Sequence record: OL956808.1
Strand: one strand, 5' to 3'
Length of the DNA stretch: 64,000 bases
From: Escherichia phage vB_EcoM-S1P5QW
The first letter of the stretch is position 1, and each line of letters begins with the position of its first letter. A model generated the notes under the pieces. That model was not told the origin of the DNA. It saw only the letters and a program-made list of their open reading frames with translations, and did not search any database. A program made the position numbers and the translations under genes. Shown here piece by piece: positions 1-11,235 of the stretch.

Positions 1-49
1 GCGGATAACTTGGAAATTCTGAGACTAGTGACTGAAGGTGCTTTTACTG

Positions 50-2032
50 TCATTGTGATATAGGCTCCAAATCGATAGTTAAGTATTGTGGACGTAAGTC
101 ATTTTCAAATACAATCAGTGAACCATCGCGAGTAAAGATAACATCATCGGTTGGGTCAGAATATAATTCAATAGTCTGAACTTCAAATTTTTCAGATGTT
201 AAATTAATTTTAGCGATATTCCAGTAAATTGTGTCAGCTGGATAGTTTATTTCACCGATAACATAGTATTTGTCACGTCCTGTGGAGTTTGCTAATTTGT
301 TAAAATCGTTTCCTGTATACGGCTGAATGTTTTCATTTTCTGTAACATCGCCAGAAGCAAATGGACCAATAATAACTTTACCAATTCCTTTAGAATCTCG
401 GTCTGTTGATACTATACGAACGTCATATAATACATCTTCTTCTAAACCAGTATCAGGATTTACAACCTTTCGTCCAGAATTAAATGAAAACGTATTAGAT
501 TCCATAGAACGATCTTTTATTTGATTATTGTATTTAATACCTGCTTCAGGCGTTTTATAGAAGTTTTGTACTTCACGAACAATTTGAATTGTCGCTGATG
601 AACCAATGATAGAATGATCTGCATCATCTACATATGTCAACATCTTAGACTTGGCAAAAGACGAGTTAAAAATTTCTACATCTTCGGTATAATAACGATC
701 AATTTTATCAATTATTTGACCTTCGAGCCACTGTTCGGATTCTTGTAGCTTATTTAAAGCATATGTGACTTTTAAATTAGTCTTAATGAAAAGATAATTA
801 GGAGAAATAATTGACGGCGTAATAGGTGCTAAATTATAATCTTTGAGATAATTTTTAATATCTTCACGCTGCACAGTAGTTAAATATAATCCTGATTTAG
901 GTTTAGCAGCAATAAATGCATAACCAGGTTTAGTAGAATCAGTGAAAGTCTGAACGGCTTGAATAATAGAACCAAATCTTTCTGAGACAAATGTATCATA
1001 ATCTGTCGCAGTTACACATCGCTGCTGAGTTTCACGCTTAATAGTACCCAATTCGCGAATACGTTCAATATCTTCTGGATCACCACCACCATCAGCACCA
1101 ACAAAATCTGGGTCGTCGTTTGGATTTTCATTAATATTGATGACAGTTATATTTGTTAATGTATCTGCATATGAAAATCCGACTGCGCCATTCGCATCTG
1201 CACCGTTAGTACTGATGTACTCAATAACAATAGTAGAGTTCTGGGTAGGTTTAAGACCTCCGATATAATTAGCGGTCAAAGCTCCTTCAGAAGCATTAAC
1301 AGAAATTTCACCTTCACCAAAATAGAATTCAGTGTTTCCGTCAATAGTTTCACGCATATAGTAAATCGTTGATGTTGAACCAGCATGAACCATTGACTTT
1401 CTCGTCCAGTTAATCCATTCCGCTCCATCAACATATAATTTAACCTGGTTTCTATCAATATTTTTATCATAAATGATAATAGGTGTTAATTTATCATAAA
1501 TGATTTCAGTTCTTACTATACGTCCCTGGGCCAATTTTAAACGTGGAAAATATTGGTTATTTTTATCACGAATAGCAATAACGTCTTCGGTAGAAACGAA
1601 GTTATATGGATTAACAGAAGTATCTTTTGCATATGCTAAAAAGCGAGTTCCGCGAGGAATAGTAATGTAATTCCTATTCAATGCGTCGGTGCATGTTAAC
1701 ATAATTTCGGTCTGCGCAGCGGATTTTGAAGTAGGTAAATATCCGTTATCTTGTGCAGCTTGAACAACTGAACTTCGTAAGTTAGCAGTACGCATAAAGC
1801 TTTCGTACACAGCAGCATTACCAAACTGCTGAATGTACAATGTATTATAAGCCAAAAGGTCACACAGAACGTTTAATCTTGAGCCTTCAAAATCATAATC
1901 CAAAAATTCATTTTGGCCATTAAGCCATTCAATGAGGTTTTGTTTTATTTCAGCAAACGTACCCCCGACGAATATCTCGGGAATAGCATTTGCTGTTCTT
2001 GTTAATTGATAATTTACAGGGGTATTTGCCAT
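50..2032 (-). CDS. 6: baseplate wedge subunit gp6
   Basis: 660-aa ORF; length and position downstream of 53-5-5.1-5.4 on the same strand match T4 gp6. Confidence 0.85.
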   Translation of the reverse strand: MANTPVNYQLTRTANAIPEIFVGGTFAEIKQNLIEWLNGQNEFLDYDFEGSRLNVLCDLLAYNTLYIQQFGNAAVYESFMRTANLRSSVVQAAQDNGYLPTSKSAAQTEIMLTCTDALNRNYITIPRGTRFLAYAKDTSVNPYNFVSTEDVIAIRDKNNQYFPRLKLAQGRIVRTEIIYDKLTPIIIYDKNIDRNQVKLYVDGAEWINWTRKSMVHAGSTSTIYYMRETIDGNTEFYFGEGEISVNASEGALTANYIGGLKPTQNSTIVIEYISTNGADANGAVGFSYADTLTNITVININENPNDDPDFVGADGGGDPEDIERIRELGTIKRETQQRCVTATDYDTFVSERFGSIIQAVQTFTDSTKPGYAFIAAKPKSGLYLTTVQREDIKNYLKDYNLAPITPSIISPNYLFIKTNLKVTYALNKLQESEQWLEGQIIDKIDRYYTEDVEIFNSSFAKSKMLTYVDDADHSIIGSSATIQIVREVQNFYKTPEAGIKYNNQIKDRSMESNTFSFNSGRKVVNPDTGLEEDVLYDVRIVSTDRDSKGIGKVIIGPFASGDVTENENIQPYTGNDFNKLANSTGRDKYYVIGEINYPADTIYWNIAKINLTSEKFEVQTIELYSDPTDDVIFTRDGSLIVFENDLRPQYLTIDLEPISQ

Positions 2033-2040
2033 TTTAAATC

Positions 2041-2334
2041 CTATTTAATGAATACTTTAGATGATGCCTGAGCCACAGTATCACCGCATGATATTGGATC
2101 AGCCATTTGAACAGCTTTCTTTCCAGTGACATATACCTTAGAAGTTCTAGGTTGTGTCACTCCGCCATGTGTTTCATATGGCTTTTTAATTTCTGTATGT
2201 TCTGTAATTGGATCACCTGCTACGAGAACAGCAATTCCTCCAGTGAATACTTTACTTTGTGTAGCATTCACAACTGTTGGAGGCCATGCTTCATGGCCGG
2301 CAGTAACACACTTATCATAACTTAATCCTGACAT
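2041..2334 (-). CDS. 5.4: PAAR-repeat baseplate spike tip protein
   Basis: 97 aa, Gly/Thr-rich PAAR-like sequence, located between gp5/5.1 and gp6 as in T4. Confidence 0.85.
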
Positions 2335-2892
2335 TTATGGCCTCTCATACACATAGCTTCTCAATTTATTAGCCCAACGACTCCAATTTCCAACTATAGT
2401 TTTTGTGTAATTTTTAACAAGAGTTTTTCTTATTGGAGCTGGAGGATTCGTTGGTTCAGTAGTATCAGAAGATGACCTAGAATTACTGCCAGAACCTCCA
2501 GATTCACCTTGTTCTTGGTAGTCATATATTAATGTTACTTCGTAAGTGAATGTCTTCTGGAGGTTTTGAGGAGCTTTCCATAAATATAACTGAGTATTAG
2601 AATCAGTTGGAAGGTCTTCCCATGAAGCAGCGGTTTTAAATTCATTATCTAAACGATATTTCAACGCATCATTTCCAAATCCAAATACAGATTCATACGT
2701 TCCATATAAACGATTTTCTTCTACTAAAACCCCAGGAGTTTCTTCGTAACTAGTTATATTTATAGATACTAACGTTTCACCTGTTTCTAATTGAGCGGTA
2801 AAGGTGACGTCGATAGAAGAACCTTCCATGGATTCTCCTAAATCAGCGCTCATTGGAAGTATATTAGCCAATGTCAATCCTCGATCCATCAA
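2335..2892 (-). CDS. hypothetical protein in gene 5.1 position
   Basis: 185-aa ORF between gp5 and the PAAR gene; annotated start overlaps gp5 stop so the true start may be an internal ATG. Confidence 0.6.
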
Positions 2893-4591
2893 TTGTGTAT
2901 TGACCAGATGAAATAGAACTCATAGATGCCATTTTTTCTGTCCAATCACCACCAACGTCCCAATCAACTGTCCCAGCAACTTTCCAAGAAAGATTTCCAT
3001 TTACTGTATTAGTCTGATTTCCTTCAACTAAAGTGGTAGCATCTCCTTTAACTGTAATGTCAGCATTACCTTCAACTACAATAGTAACATTACCTTTAAC
3101 TAGGATAGTTCCATTACCTTCAACCGTCTTAGTTTCATCGCCACGTACAAATATTGTATTGCTTCCATCTATTTGGTGGAGACGATTATCCATGTTGTAA
3201 TAAATTTCTGACCCACCGACGTTAGTCTTTTTATCGCCAGCTACCAAAAAATTACCATCAGCATTTGTTATATCATACAAATTATCAACAGTTTTTCTTG
3301 TTTTTCTTCCTGACGGTGATACTTCCTCATATGTTCCAGTCGGATGAACTAATCTGTATCGTTCTTGTCCCGGGGTATCGTCAAATTCCTGAATATGACC
3401 GCTTTCAGTTTCCATTGTGTGAACATACGGGTATTCACCTTTATATGAAGAAACAGGTTCTTTAAATAAAATTCTCGAATCATTCGGAATAGGAGGGTCA
3501 GCTGGATCAGAAGACTTTGCTACAGCAGCAGCCATTGCTGACAAAGACCTAGCCGGTGTTTTCACTTCAATACCGTATGATTCCAAATTACCGGTAAGAA
3601 TAATCATGGTAACACGGGATGCACGGCCTTTTGTTTGTTGATACCACAATGAATCACGACCGGCTTTATATGCTTTTTCCCAATCTCCAGCTAACATAGC
3701 AGTTAACATTGTGTTAAATTTAGCTACACCGCCAACACCCATCTGAAATGCCATATTTTCTAACGCCATTTGACGAGAACGATTAACTGCTTGCCAAACT
3801 GGGCCAACTTTAGAATGTGATTTAATGTCACGTTGCATATCAGCCAAATCACGTTCAAATAAAGCTACCGCTTCTTCCATTGTAATAGAACCTGGATTTC
3901 CGGTAATTTCACGACCAACTTGTTTTGATAAAACTTTATTAATTTGAGTCATATCACGAACTGGCTGCTTCATGATAAGATGACCAATACCAATTGTCGG
4001 ATATCCTTCAGTATCCCAATAAACCTTTAGTCTTAATCCTTCATCACGGCGAAGCATTTCAGCCATTGACATATTTGGATTATCATCAGTTGGAATTTCT
4101 GATAGCGGTCTATCATCGGGATTTATCGCAGTATCTAGATTGCTATCTTGGATAATATTAGAAGACGAATCATATCCTACTTCTCCGCCTTGGTTTAATA
4201 CGTTAGTATCATTTCCTAGACGTCTAGGATACTGTCCAGTCGGGTCAGAAAATCCTTCAAGTCTATTCGGTTTTTCGCGAACTATTCCACCATACGTACC
4301 AAGGACAATTCCGTTAGTTTTCCATTTGTCTAAAAAATGACCATAAACTCTAGTTCCTTCTACTGGACCAGTAACGGAGCCTCCAATTCCAGACATTGCT
4401 GCAGAAGTTATAGGTTGAATAACTGACATCCATGGTAATTTATCAGTTGGAATACCCATTACGTCGCCTTGCGCTCTTTGAGGTGGATGCAGACCAACTA
4501 CACGAACACGAACACGACCTAATTTTAATGGGTCCATTCTATCTTCAACAACACCAACAAACCAATTAAGGTTATTACTTATCATTTCCAT
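2864..4591 (-). CDS. 5: baseplate central spike protein with tail lysozyme domain gp5
   Basis: 575 aa; internal T4-lysozyme-like domain (LRLKVYWDTEGYPTIGIGHL) and C-terminal VxGxxxxxx beta-helix repeats. Confidence 0.95.
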   Translation of the reverse strand: MEMISNNLNWFVGVVEDRMDPLKLGRVRVRVVGLHPPQRAQGDVMGIPTDKLPWMSVIQPITSAAMSGIGGSVTGPVEGTRVYGHFLDKWKTNGIVLGTYGGIVREKPNRLEGFSDPTGQYPRRLGNDTNVLNQGGEVGYDSSSNIIQDSNLDTAINPDDRPLSEIPTDDNPNMSMAEMLRRDEGLRLKVYWDTEGYPTIGIGHLIMKQPVRDMTQINKVLSKQVGREITGNPGSITMEEAVALFERDLADMQRDIKSHSKVGPVWQAVNRSRQMALENMAFQMGVGGVAKFNTMLTAMLAGDWEKAYKAGRDSLWYQQTKGRASRVTMIILTGNLESYGIEVKTPARSLSAMAAAVAKSSDPADPPIPNDSRILFKEPVSSYKGEYPYVHTMETESGHIQEFDDTPGQERYRLVHPTGTYEEVSPSGRKTRKTVDNLYDITNADGNFLVAGDKKTNVGGSEIYYNMDNRLHQIDGSNTIFVRGDETKTVEGNGTILVKGNVTIVVEGNADITVKGDATTLVEGNQTNTVNGNLSWKVAGTVDWDVGGDWTEKMASMSSISSGQYTIDGSRIDIG

Positions 4592-5165
4592 AAGATTTCT
4601 CCATTATACGTATAAGGTCGTTCATAAATGAATTGATGTCTGATTTTGCTATTATTTTTATTTGACGAAGTTTTTCATTTTCAAGAACAGCAGCTTCATA
4701 CGTATCGACCGCGGCAAGTGCTCCTTCATATTGAGGATATTTTCTAGCTTTATCACCTTTGTCATACCAAACATATGGATTATCATCATATGATACTAAA
4801 TTATAAAATTTTTCACCATTTTCATTCACATGATATACTATTTGGTCTCCACCTACGTTTTTGTATTTTTGTATAGATGCTTGATAAGCAGCTTCTTGCG
4901 AAGTAATCCATCCATAATACGGATCATAATTATCATTACACATCAATAAAACCCAATACAACTGCGGATTTCCATATATAGCATTTGCTAATTCTTCCGG
5001 GCGTGGTGAACCTTTAATATAATAAGTACGTAAGCGGTATCCCGCAAGAGCACGTTTGAAATAGTCTTTATAGTTTCTAAAAATATCTGTCATAGGAATA
5101 GTCGGCGCGTTTTTATTCACCGTTTTGGCCGCATATTCAATCGGATCAAAAAATGTAAAGAGCAT
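4575..5165 (-). CDS. 53: baseplate wedge subunit gp53
   Basis: 196 aa, immediately upstream of gp5 on same strand; divergent from gene 4. Confidence 0.8.
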   Translation of the reverse strand: MLFTFFDPIEYAAKTVNKNAPTIPMTDIFRNYKDYFKRALAGYRLRTYYIKGSPRPEELANAIYGNPQLYWVLLMCNDNYDPYYGWITSQEAAYQASIQKYKNVGGDQIVYHVNENGEKFYNLVSYDDNPYVWYDKGDKARKYPQYEGALAAVDTYEAAVLENEKLRQIKIIAKSDINSFMNDLIRIMEKSYGNDK

Positions 5166-5178
5166 GGGCCCTCCTGTT

Positions 5179-5202
5179 TATAAATATATTATCTATTTAT
5201 AA
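5179..5202. promoter_or_regulatory. divergent late promoters (TATAAATA on + at 5179-5186 for gene 4; on - at 5195-5202 for genes 53/5)
   Basis: exact T4 late-promoter -10 octamer TATAAATA read on both strands in the 47-bp divergent intergenic region. Confidence 0.6.
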
Positions 5203-5212
5203 GGAGAATCCA

Positions 5213-5665
5213 ATGGCATATTCTGGAAAATGGGTTCCTAAAAATATATCAAAATATAGAGGTGACCCTAAAAAAATTACGTATAGATCAAATTGGGAAA
5301 AATTCTTTTTTGAATGGTTAGATAAAAATCCAGAAATTATTGCATGGGGTAGTGAAACAGCAGTAATTCCTTATTTTTGTAATGCAGAAGGGAAAAAACG
5401 TAGATACTTCATGGATATTTGGATGAAAGATTCTTCTGGACAAGAATTTTTTATTGAAATAAAACCTAAAAAAGAAACACAACCACCAGTTAAACCGGCA
5501 CATCTAACAACTGCAGCGAAGAAAAGATTTATGAATGAAATTTATACATATTCCGTTAATACTGACAAATGGAAAGCAGCGCAAGCTTTAGCTGAAAAGC
5601 GTGGAATAAAATTTAGAATTCTAACAGAAGATGGATTAAGAGCTCTTGGCTTTAAGGGGGCATAA
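5213..5665 (+). CDS. 4: head completion protein gp4
   Basis: 150 aa; synteny 53|4-2-3-1 and recalled T4 gp4 length. Confidence 0.85.
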   Translation: MAYSGKWVPKNISKYRGDPKKITYRSNWEKFFFEWLDKNPEIIAWGSETAVIPYFCNAEGKKRRYFMDIWMKDSSGQEFFIEIKPKKETQPPVKPAHLTTAAKKRFMNEIYTYSVNTDKWKAAQALAEKRGIKFRILTEDGLRALGFKGA

Positions 5666-6489
5666 TGGCTATTTTTCAAATAATTAATGAAAGCACTCCC
5701 CAAGTTCCAAAGGTTAAGCAATCATTAAACGAAAAGAAATGGATTCAGATAGGTCTTGAATACAGAAAGGCCAAAGCAAAAGGAATGACAGGAAAGCAAT
5801 TTGCTGAAGAAAGAGGAATCAAATACTCTACGTTTACTTCGGCAATGTCAAAATATGCTTCAGGAATTAAAACAGCTGAAAAGATTCAAAAGCTTGAATC
5901 AAAACCAATGAATAAACTCAATAAGCAAGAAAGACAACTGCTTATGATAAATTCATTCAGGCAAACATTGCGTGATAAAATTCGTAATGAAGGTGCAGCA
6001 ATTAATAATAAAACCAGAAAGTGGTTTGCTGAAACTATTAAGCAAGTAAAAGGACATAAAGTTGTTCGCCCGCAGCCGGGACGAATATATGCTTTTGCTT
6101 ATGATGCTAAACACAAGGAAACTCTTCCTTACTGGGATAAATTTCCTTTGATAATTTACCTTGGTTTAGGTAAGCATAATTTAATGTACGGATTAAACTT
6201 GCACTATATTCCACCTAAAGCTCGTCAGCAATTTCTAGAAGAGCTTTTAAAGCAATATTCAAATACACCTACTATTACTAATAAAACGAAATTAAAAATT
6301 GATTGGAGTCAAGTGAAAGGATTTAGGGGTGCAGACCAAATGATTAAGGCATATATACCTGGTAATATTATGGGTAGCCTTGTTGAAATCGCCCCGAAAG
6401 ACTGGGCGAACGTTGTATTAATGCCACTTCAGCAGTTCGTTTCAAAAGGAAAACGTTTCTCTGCAAACAAAGTCTGGTCAAATATCTAA
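5665..6489 (+). CDS. 2: DNA end protector protein gp2
   Basis: 274 aa, start overlaps gp4 stop (ATGA-type coupling); T4 gene order. Confidence 0.85.
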   Translation: MAIFQIINESTPQVPKVKQSLNEKKWIQIGLEYRKAKAKGMTGKQFAEERGIKYSTFTSAMSKYASGIKTAEKIQKLESKPMNKLNKQERQLLMINSFRQTLRDKIRNEGAAINNKTRKWFAETIKQVKGHKVVRPQPGRIYAFAYDAKHKETLPYWDKFPLIIYLGLGKHNLMYGLNLHYIPPKARQQFLEELLKQYSNTPTITNKTKLKIDWSQVKGFRGADQMIKAYIPGNIMGSLVEIAPKDWANVVLMPLQQFVSKGKRFSANKVWSNI

Positions 6490-6595
6490 TTCTATTATCT
6501 TCCATTCTTTTCTATTGTTTGTTCTAATTGGAATTGAATGGAAGGGACTTAGACCCATTATACCACCAACATTTATGAAGCATTATGAGGAATAT

Positions 6596-7126
6596 ATGTC
6601 GCAAGCACTACAACAAATTTTTAACCAAGCAAATACAACTAACTTTGTAGTATCAATACCGCATAGTAATACTACATCTGCTTTTACTTTAAATGCTCAG
6701 TCAGTTCCTATTCCGGGAATTAGGATACCTGTTACTGATACCGTGACTGGGCCGTTTGGACTAGGCCGAGCACAACGTCCAGGTGTTACATTTGAGTACG
6801 ACCCACTCATCGTGAGATTTATAGTTGATGAAGAGCTTAAATCATGGATAGGAATGTATGAATGGATGCTAGGAACTAGTAACTATCTTACAGGCGAAAA
6901 TACTGCCCAAAAAACAGGTCCTGAATACATTACGCTTTACATTTTAGATAATAGTAAAACTGAAATCGTGATGTCAATAAACTTTTATAAGCCTTGGGTT
7001 TCTGACCTGTCTGAAGTAGAATTTAGCTACACAGAAGATTCAGACCCAGCCTTAGTATGCACAGCAACGATTCCTTATACGTATTTTCAAGTAGAAAAAG
7101 ATGGCAAAATTATAGCAGAAGTTTAA
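6596..7126 (+). CDS. 3: tail completion / sheath stabilizer gp3
   Basis: ATG at 6596 preceded by GAGG gives 176 aa, the T4 gp3 length; the longer ORF from 6515 has no RBS. Confidence 0.8.
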   Translation: MSQALQQIFNQANTTNFVVSIPHSNTTSAFTLNAQSVPIPGIRIPVTDTVTGPFGLGRAQRPGVTFEYDPLIVRFIVDEELKSWIGMYEWMLGTSNYLTGENTAQKTGPEYITLYILDNSKTEIVMSINFYKPWVSDLSEVEFSYTEDSDPALVCTATIPYTYFQVEKDGKIIAEV

Positions 7127-7149
7127 TGCTTCAGTTTCATGTGTTATAA
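7127..7149 (+). promoter_or_regulatory. candidate MotA-dependent middle promoter upstream of gene 1
   Basis: TGCTTCA (MotA-box-like) followed ~10 nt later by extended -10 TGTTATAAT. Confidence 0.4.
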
Positions 7150-7175
7150 TCTTAACTAAATTTGAGGAGAAACAT

Positions 7176-7888
7176 ATGAAACTAATCTTTTTAAGTGGTG
7201 TAAAGCGTAGCGGAAAAGATACTACTGCAGATTTTATCATGAATAATTATTCTGCAGTTAAATATCAACTTGCTGGTCCTATTAAGGATGCATTGGCTTA
7301 TGCATGGGGTGTATTTGCAGCAAACACTGACTATCCTTGCTTAACTCGTAAAGAGTTTGAAGGAATTGACTATGATCGTGAGACTAATTTAAATCTGACT
7401 AAATTAGAAGTAATTACGATTATGGAACAAGCATTTTGCTATCTTAATAGTAAAAGCCCAATTAAAGGTGTGTTTGTTTTTGATGACGCAGTTAATTTCG
7501 TAGCATTTAATAAGATTGCTGACGTTATAAATAATATTGAAGATCAATGGTCAGTCCGTCGTCTGATGCAAGCCCTAGGTACGGATTTGATTGTTAATAA
7601 CTTCGACCGCATGTATTGGGTAAAATTATTTGCTTTAGATTATCTTGATAAATTTAACTCAGGTTATGATTATTATATCGTTCCTGATACTCGTCAAGAT
7701 CATGAAATGGATGCGGCTAGGGCGATGGGTGCTACAGTAATTCATGTAGTTCGTCCTGGTCAAAAATCCAATGATACTCATATTACAGAAGCTGGATTGC
7801 CAATTCGTGATGGCGATTTAGTAATTACAAACGATGGTTCTCTTGAAGAACTTTTTTCTAAAATTAAAAATACACTAAAGGTACTATA

Positions 7889-7889
<1 letters not shown>
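7176..7889 (+). CDS. 1: deoxynucleoside monophosphate kinase gp1
   Basis: 237 aa, P-loop GVKRSGKDT at N-terminus, RBS GAGGAGA; T4 gene order. Confidence 0.9.
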
Positions 7890-8586
<697 letters not shown>

Positions 8587-8598
8587 TTTCACAAAGTT

Positions 8599-8630
8599 GT
8601 TTACACAGGGTTTTAGTAGTGATACTATTA
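8599..8630 (+). promoter_or_regulatory. T4-type early promoter (GTTTAC -35, extended -10)
   Basis: TTTCACAAAGTTGTTTACA...GTGATACTAT read in sequence upstream of the internal-protein gene. Confidence 0.55.
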
Positions 8631-8662
8631 CCCTATCAAAACAAAACCAAATGGAAATCAAA

Positions 8663-8896
8663 ATGAAAACTTTCAAAGAGTTTATCGCTGAATCTTCTGA
8701 TGTAAAAGTTGAGTTTATTTACACCGGCAAGAAAGATAAAATGGGTGAAATGCCTCATGGAGTTCTTCGTGATGCATTAGATAATTTCGGTCAACTCGCC
8801 GCAGAAGATTACGGTGATAAAATTGTTGTTACTGGTCCTGCTGCAGTTATTGAAAAATGGGCAGCAGAAAATAAATCAATTTTTCGTAAAAAATAA
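8663..8896 (+). CDS. internal (capsid-packaged) protein with capsid targeting sequence
   Basis: N-terminus MKTFKEFIAE matches T4 internal-protein CTS (MKTYQEFIAE); gene flanked by near-identical promoter/stem-loop repeats. Confidence 0.7.
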   Translation: MKTFKEFIAESSDVKVEFIYTGKKDKMGEMPHGVLRDALDNFGQLAAEDYGDKIVVTGPAAVIEKWAAENKSIFRKK

Positions 8897-8927
8897 GTTT
8901 ACTTTTAGATAGGGTAGTGATACTATT
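8897..8927 (+). promoter_or_regulatory. T4-type early promoter with stem-loop
   Basis: GTTTAC...AGGGTAGTGATACTATTACCCT (inverted repeat around -10). Confidence 0.5.
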
Positions 8928-8954
8928 ACCCTATCAACTACCGAGGAGAATAAA

Positions 8955-9140
8955 ATGAAACGTTGTGAATTAATTCGAAATGTTGCTATTGCAATTTCTG
9001 CTTCTGCTTTTAGTTTTTCAATGTTTGTTGGATTTATATGCGGATTATTGACTACAGCAGAAAATGTTTTTTCACTTGTAGCAGCATTTTTAATTGGTTT
9101 AATTGCTATCGTTATGGATAAAATTTCTAAAGGTGAATAG
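8955..9140 (+). CDS. small hydrophobic membrane protein
   Basis: 61 aa, two hydrophobic segments, RBS GAGGAGA. Confidence 0.5.
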   Translation: MKRCELIRNVAIAISASAFSFSMFVGFICGLLTTAENVFSLVAAFLIGLIAIVMDKISKGE

Positions 9141-9141
9141 A

Positions 9142-9525
9142 ATGTATAAAGTGTACGCGGATTATCAGGCTAATCCATCTGAAAAGCCAGGTTGTCAAAT
9201 TGGATGGGCTCATGATACTTTGCTTGAAGCAGTAGATGCTGCTCAAAAATTAGGATATAAATATGTAGAGATTGTTCAACTACCATCAGGAAAAGTTATT
9301 ACTCTTGAAGAGTTCAATAATATTAAACCAAACTTTTTACTTTTTGCAGGTGATAATTATTATCCTCGTGGTGGATATGCTGATTTAATCGCGAAAGCCG
9401 CTACCGAAGATGAACTTCGTGATATTATTAAAGAAAATGAAAATAAACCGATGTATGGTTCTAATCGTTTTGACTGGTGGCAAATTGTAAATGCCCATAC
9501 TCATACTATTGTTGATGAAGGCTGA
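9142..9525 (+). CDS. hypothetical protein
   Basis: 127 aa from ATG 9142 (RBS AAAGGTGAA). Confidence 0.55.
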   Translation: MYKVYADYQANPSEKPGCQIGWAHDTLLEAVDAAQKLGYKYVEIVQLPSGKVITLEEFNNIKPNFLLFAGDNYYPRGGYADLIAKAATEDELRDIIKENENKPMYGSNRFDWWQIVNAHTHTIVDEG

Positions 9526-9527
9526 TA

Positions 9528-9815
9528 ATGATTCTTTATGCGAAAGTATCATCCATTGAAAATGGATATAAATATGATCAAGACGCGACTAAAGCCTTGA
9601 TTGATGATTATGGCATTTTAACATGTTTTGAAGTTGAAAAGGTTTACATTGACCGTTCATCTTCTCAGGTTAAATTAGTGAAGGAAGACCGTAAATTTAA
9701 TACAGTAAATTTTGATTTCTTTATTGAAACAGAAAAAGGTCCTCTTGAATATGATATTTTCAAGAATCCTTTGGGTCTTGAATGCATCGTAAATATGTAT
9801 TATCATAAATGGTAA
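9528..9815 (+). CDS. hypothetical protein
   Basis: 95-aa ORF tightly packed after previous gene. Confidence 0.5.
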   Translation: MILYAKVSSIENGYKYDQDATKALIDDYGILTCFEVEKVYIDRSSSQVKLVKEDRKFNTVNFDFFIETEKGPLEYDIFKNPLGLECIVNMYYHKW

Positions 9816-9912
9816 ATATGCTTTAAGAATTATTTGTTATTATTAACTCATACCGCACTGATTAATACCCTCTATCATCAAGGGTTCTTGCTTAAGAGCC
9901 TTTGTTAATAAT

Positions 9913-9985
9913 TGGGAATTAGCCAAGTTGGTAAGGCACTGGATTTTGATTCCAGGATGCAAAGGTTCGAGTCCTTTATTCCCAG
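9913..9985 (+). tRNA. tRNA-Gln (anticodon UUG)
   Basis: cloverleaf folded by eye: acceptor TGGGAAT/ATTCCCA, anticodon loop TTTTGAT, T-arm GGTTCGAGTCC; no encoded CCA. Confidence 0.8.
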
Positions 9986-9986
9986 C

Positions 9987-10073
9987 GCGAGAATGGTCAA
10001 ATTGGTAAAGGCACAGCACTTAAAATGCTGCGGAATGATTTCCTTGTGGGTTCGAGTCCCACTTCTCGCACCA
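9987..10073 (+). tRNA. tRNA-Leu (anticodon UAA)
   Basis: acceptor GCGAGAA/TTCTCGC, anticodon loop CTTAAAA, long variable arm, encoded CCA. Confidence 0.8.
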
Positions 10074-10078
10074 AATTT

Positions 10079-10152
<74 letters not shown>

Positions 10153-10156
10153 ATTT

Positions 10157-10807
10157 ATGTCTCGTCGTGAGACGCTCAGTTCTTTATTAGGGACTGATAT
10201 GCATTTTTATCTTTATAAAATAACAAATAAAATTAATAATAAAATTTATATTGGTGTGCATTCTACCGAAAATTTAGATGATGGATATATGGGTTCTGGT
10301 AAATTATTAAAAAGAGCCCAAGATAAATATGGTATAGAAAATTTTTCTAAAGAAATATTAGAGTATTTTGATGATAAAGAATCTATGCTTGAAGCCGAGA
10401 AAAATATTGTCACAGAAGAGTTTTTAAATAGACCAGATGTGTATAATTTAAAACTTGGAGGTGAAGGTGGATGGGATCATATAAATAATTATCCTATGAC
10501 AGATCAGCAACGCGAATTAATTTCATTGGGTGTTAAAAAGGCACATTCTAACGGAAAATTAAAAGGATGGTCTTCAAATGGATTAATGAAAAATGGCTTT
10601 GCTGGTAAAACTCATTCTCAAGAAGCTAAACGTAAAATAGCAAAAGCAAACGAAGCAAAAGTTTCTGCGAATGAAAGAAAAAGAAGAATAGAAATTTCTA
10701 AATTATATGATTTTTCTAAGCGGGGTGAATTATCTAAATATGCTAAGCATATTGGCGTAAGTCATACTCAAGCAAAAAGAATTCTAAATCAAATTAACAA
10801 TATATAA
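10157..10807 (+). mobile_element. segB: GIY-YIG homing endonuclease (SegB-like) inserted in tRNA cluster
   Basis: 216-aa ORF with GIY-YIG motifs (FYLYKI...KIYIGVHS) and repeated NUMOD3-like motifs; lies between tRNA-Gly and tRNA-Ser. Confidence 0.8.
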
Positions 10808-10813
10808 ATATTT

Positions 10814-10903
10814 GGAGGCGTGGCAGAGTGGTTTAATGCACCGGTCTTGAAAACCGGCAGTCGCTCCGGCGACTCATAGGTTCAAATCCTATCGCCTCCG
10901 CCA
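10814..10903 (+). tRNA. tRNA-Ser (anticodon UGA)
   Basis: acceptor GGAGGCG/CGCCTCC, anticodon loop CTTGAAA, long variable arm, CCA. Confidence 0.8.
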
Positions 10904-10908
10904 GTTTT

Positions 10909-10985
10909 GCTGATTTAGCTCAGTAGGTAGAGCAACTCACTTGTAATGAGAAGGTCGGCGGTTCGATTCCGTCAATCAGCACCAA
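10909..10985 (+). tRNA. tRNA-Thr (anticodon UGU)
   Basis: acceptor GCTGATT/AATCAGC, anticodon loop CTTGTAA, CCA. Confidence 0.8.
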
Positions 10986-10986
10986 G

Positions 10987-11061
10987 GCCCTGTAGCTGGA
11001 AGGTTCAAGCAAGCGACTCATAATCGCCAGATGGTGGTTCAATTCCACCCAGGGCCACCAA
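10987..11061 (+). tRNA. tRNA with CAU anticodon (Ile by analogy with T4 tRNA-Ile, or Met)
   Basis: acceptor GGCCCTG/CAGGGCC, anticodon loop CTCATAA; D-arm atypical. Confidence 0.65.
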
Positions 11062-11070
11062 ATTAATTTG

Positions 11071-11157
11071 GGGAGTTATCCCGTAGAGGTAGCGGTGTGG
11101 ACTGTAAATCCATTGTCATTGCGACTCGGGTGGTTCGACTCCATCACTCCCCACCAA
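11071..11157 (+). tRNA. tRNA-Tyr (anticodon GUA), type II
   Basis: acceptor GGGGAGT/ACTCCCC, anticodon loop CTGTAAA, long variable arm resembling bacterial tRNA-Tyr. Confidence 0.65.
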
Positions 11158-11160
11158 TTT

Positions 11161-11235
11161 GGATGTGTAGCTCAATGGCAGAGCGATCGCCTGTTAAGCG
11201 ATTGGTTATAGGTTCGAATCCTATCACTTCCGCCA
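11161..11235 (+). tRNA. tRNA-Asn (anticodon GUU)
   Basis: D-arm GCTCAATGGCAGAGC, anticodon stem ATCGC/GCGAT with loop CTGTTAA, T-arm ATAGGTTCGAATCCTAT, CCA; one acceptor mismatch. Confidence 0.65.

Noticed and set aside
327-4340. Short plus-strand ORFs inside the minus-strand baseplate genes (e.g. 327-524, 2107-2325, 3265-3465, 4140-4340)
   Set aside because: Antisense to long well-supported structural genes, no RBS, low-complexity translations.
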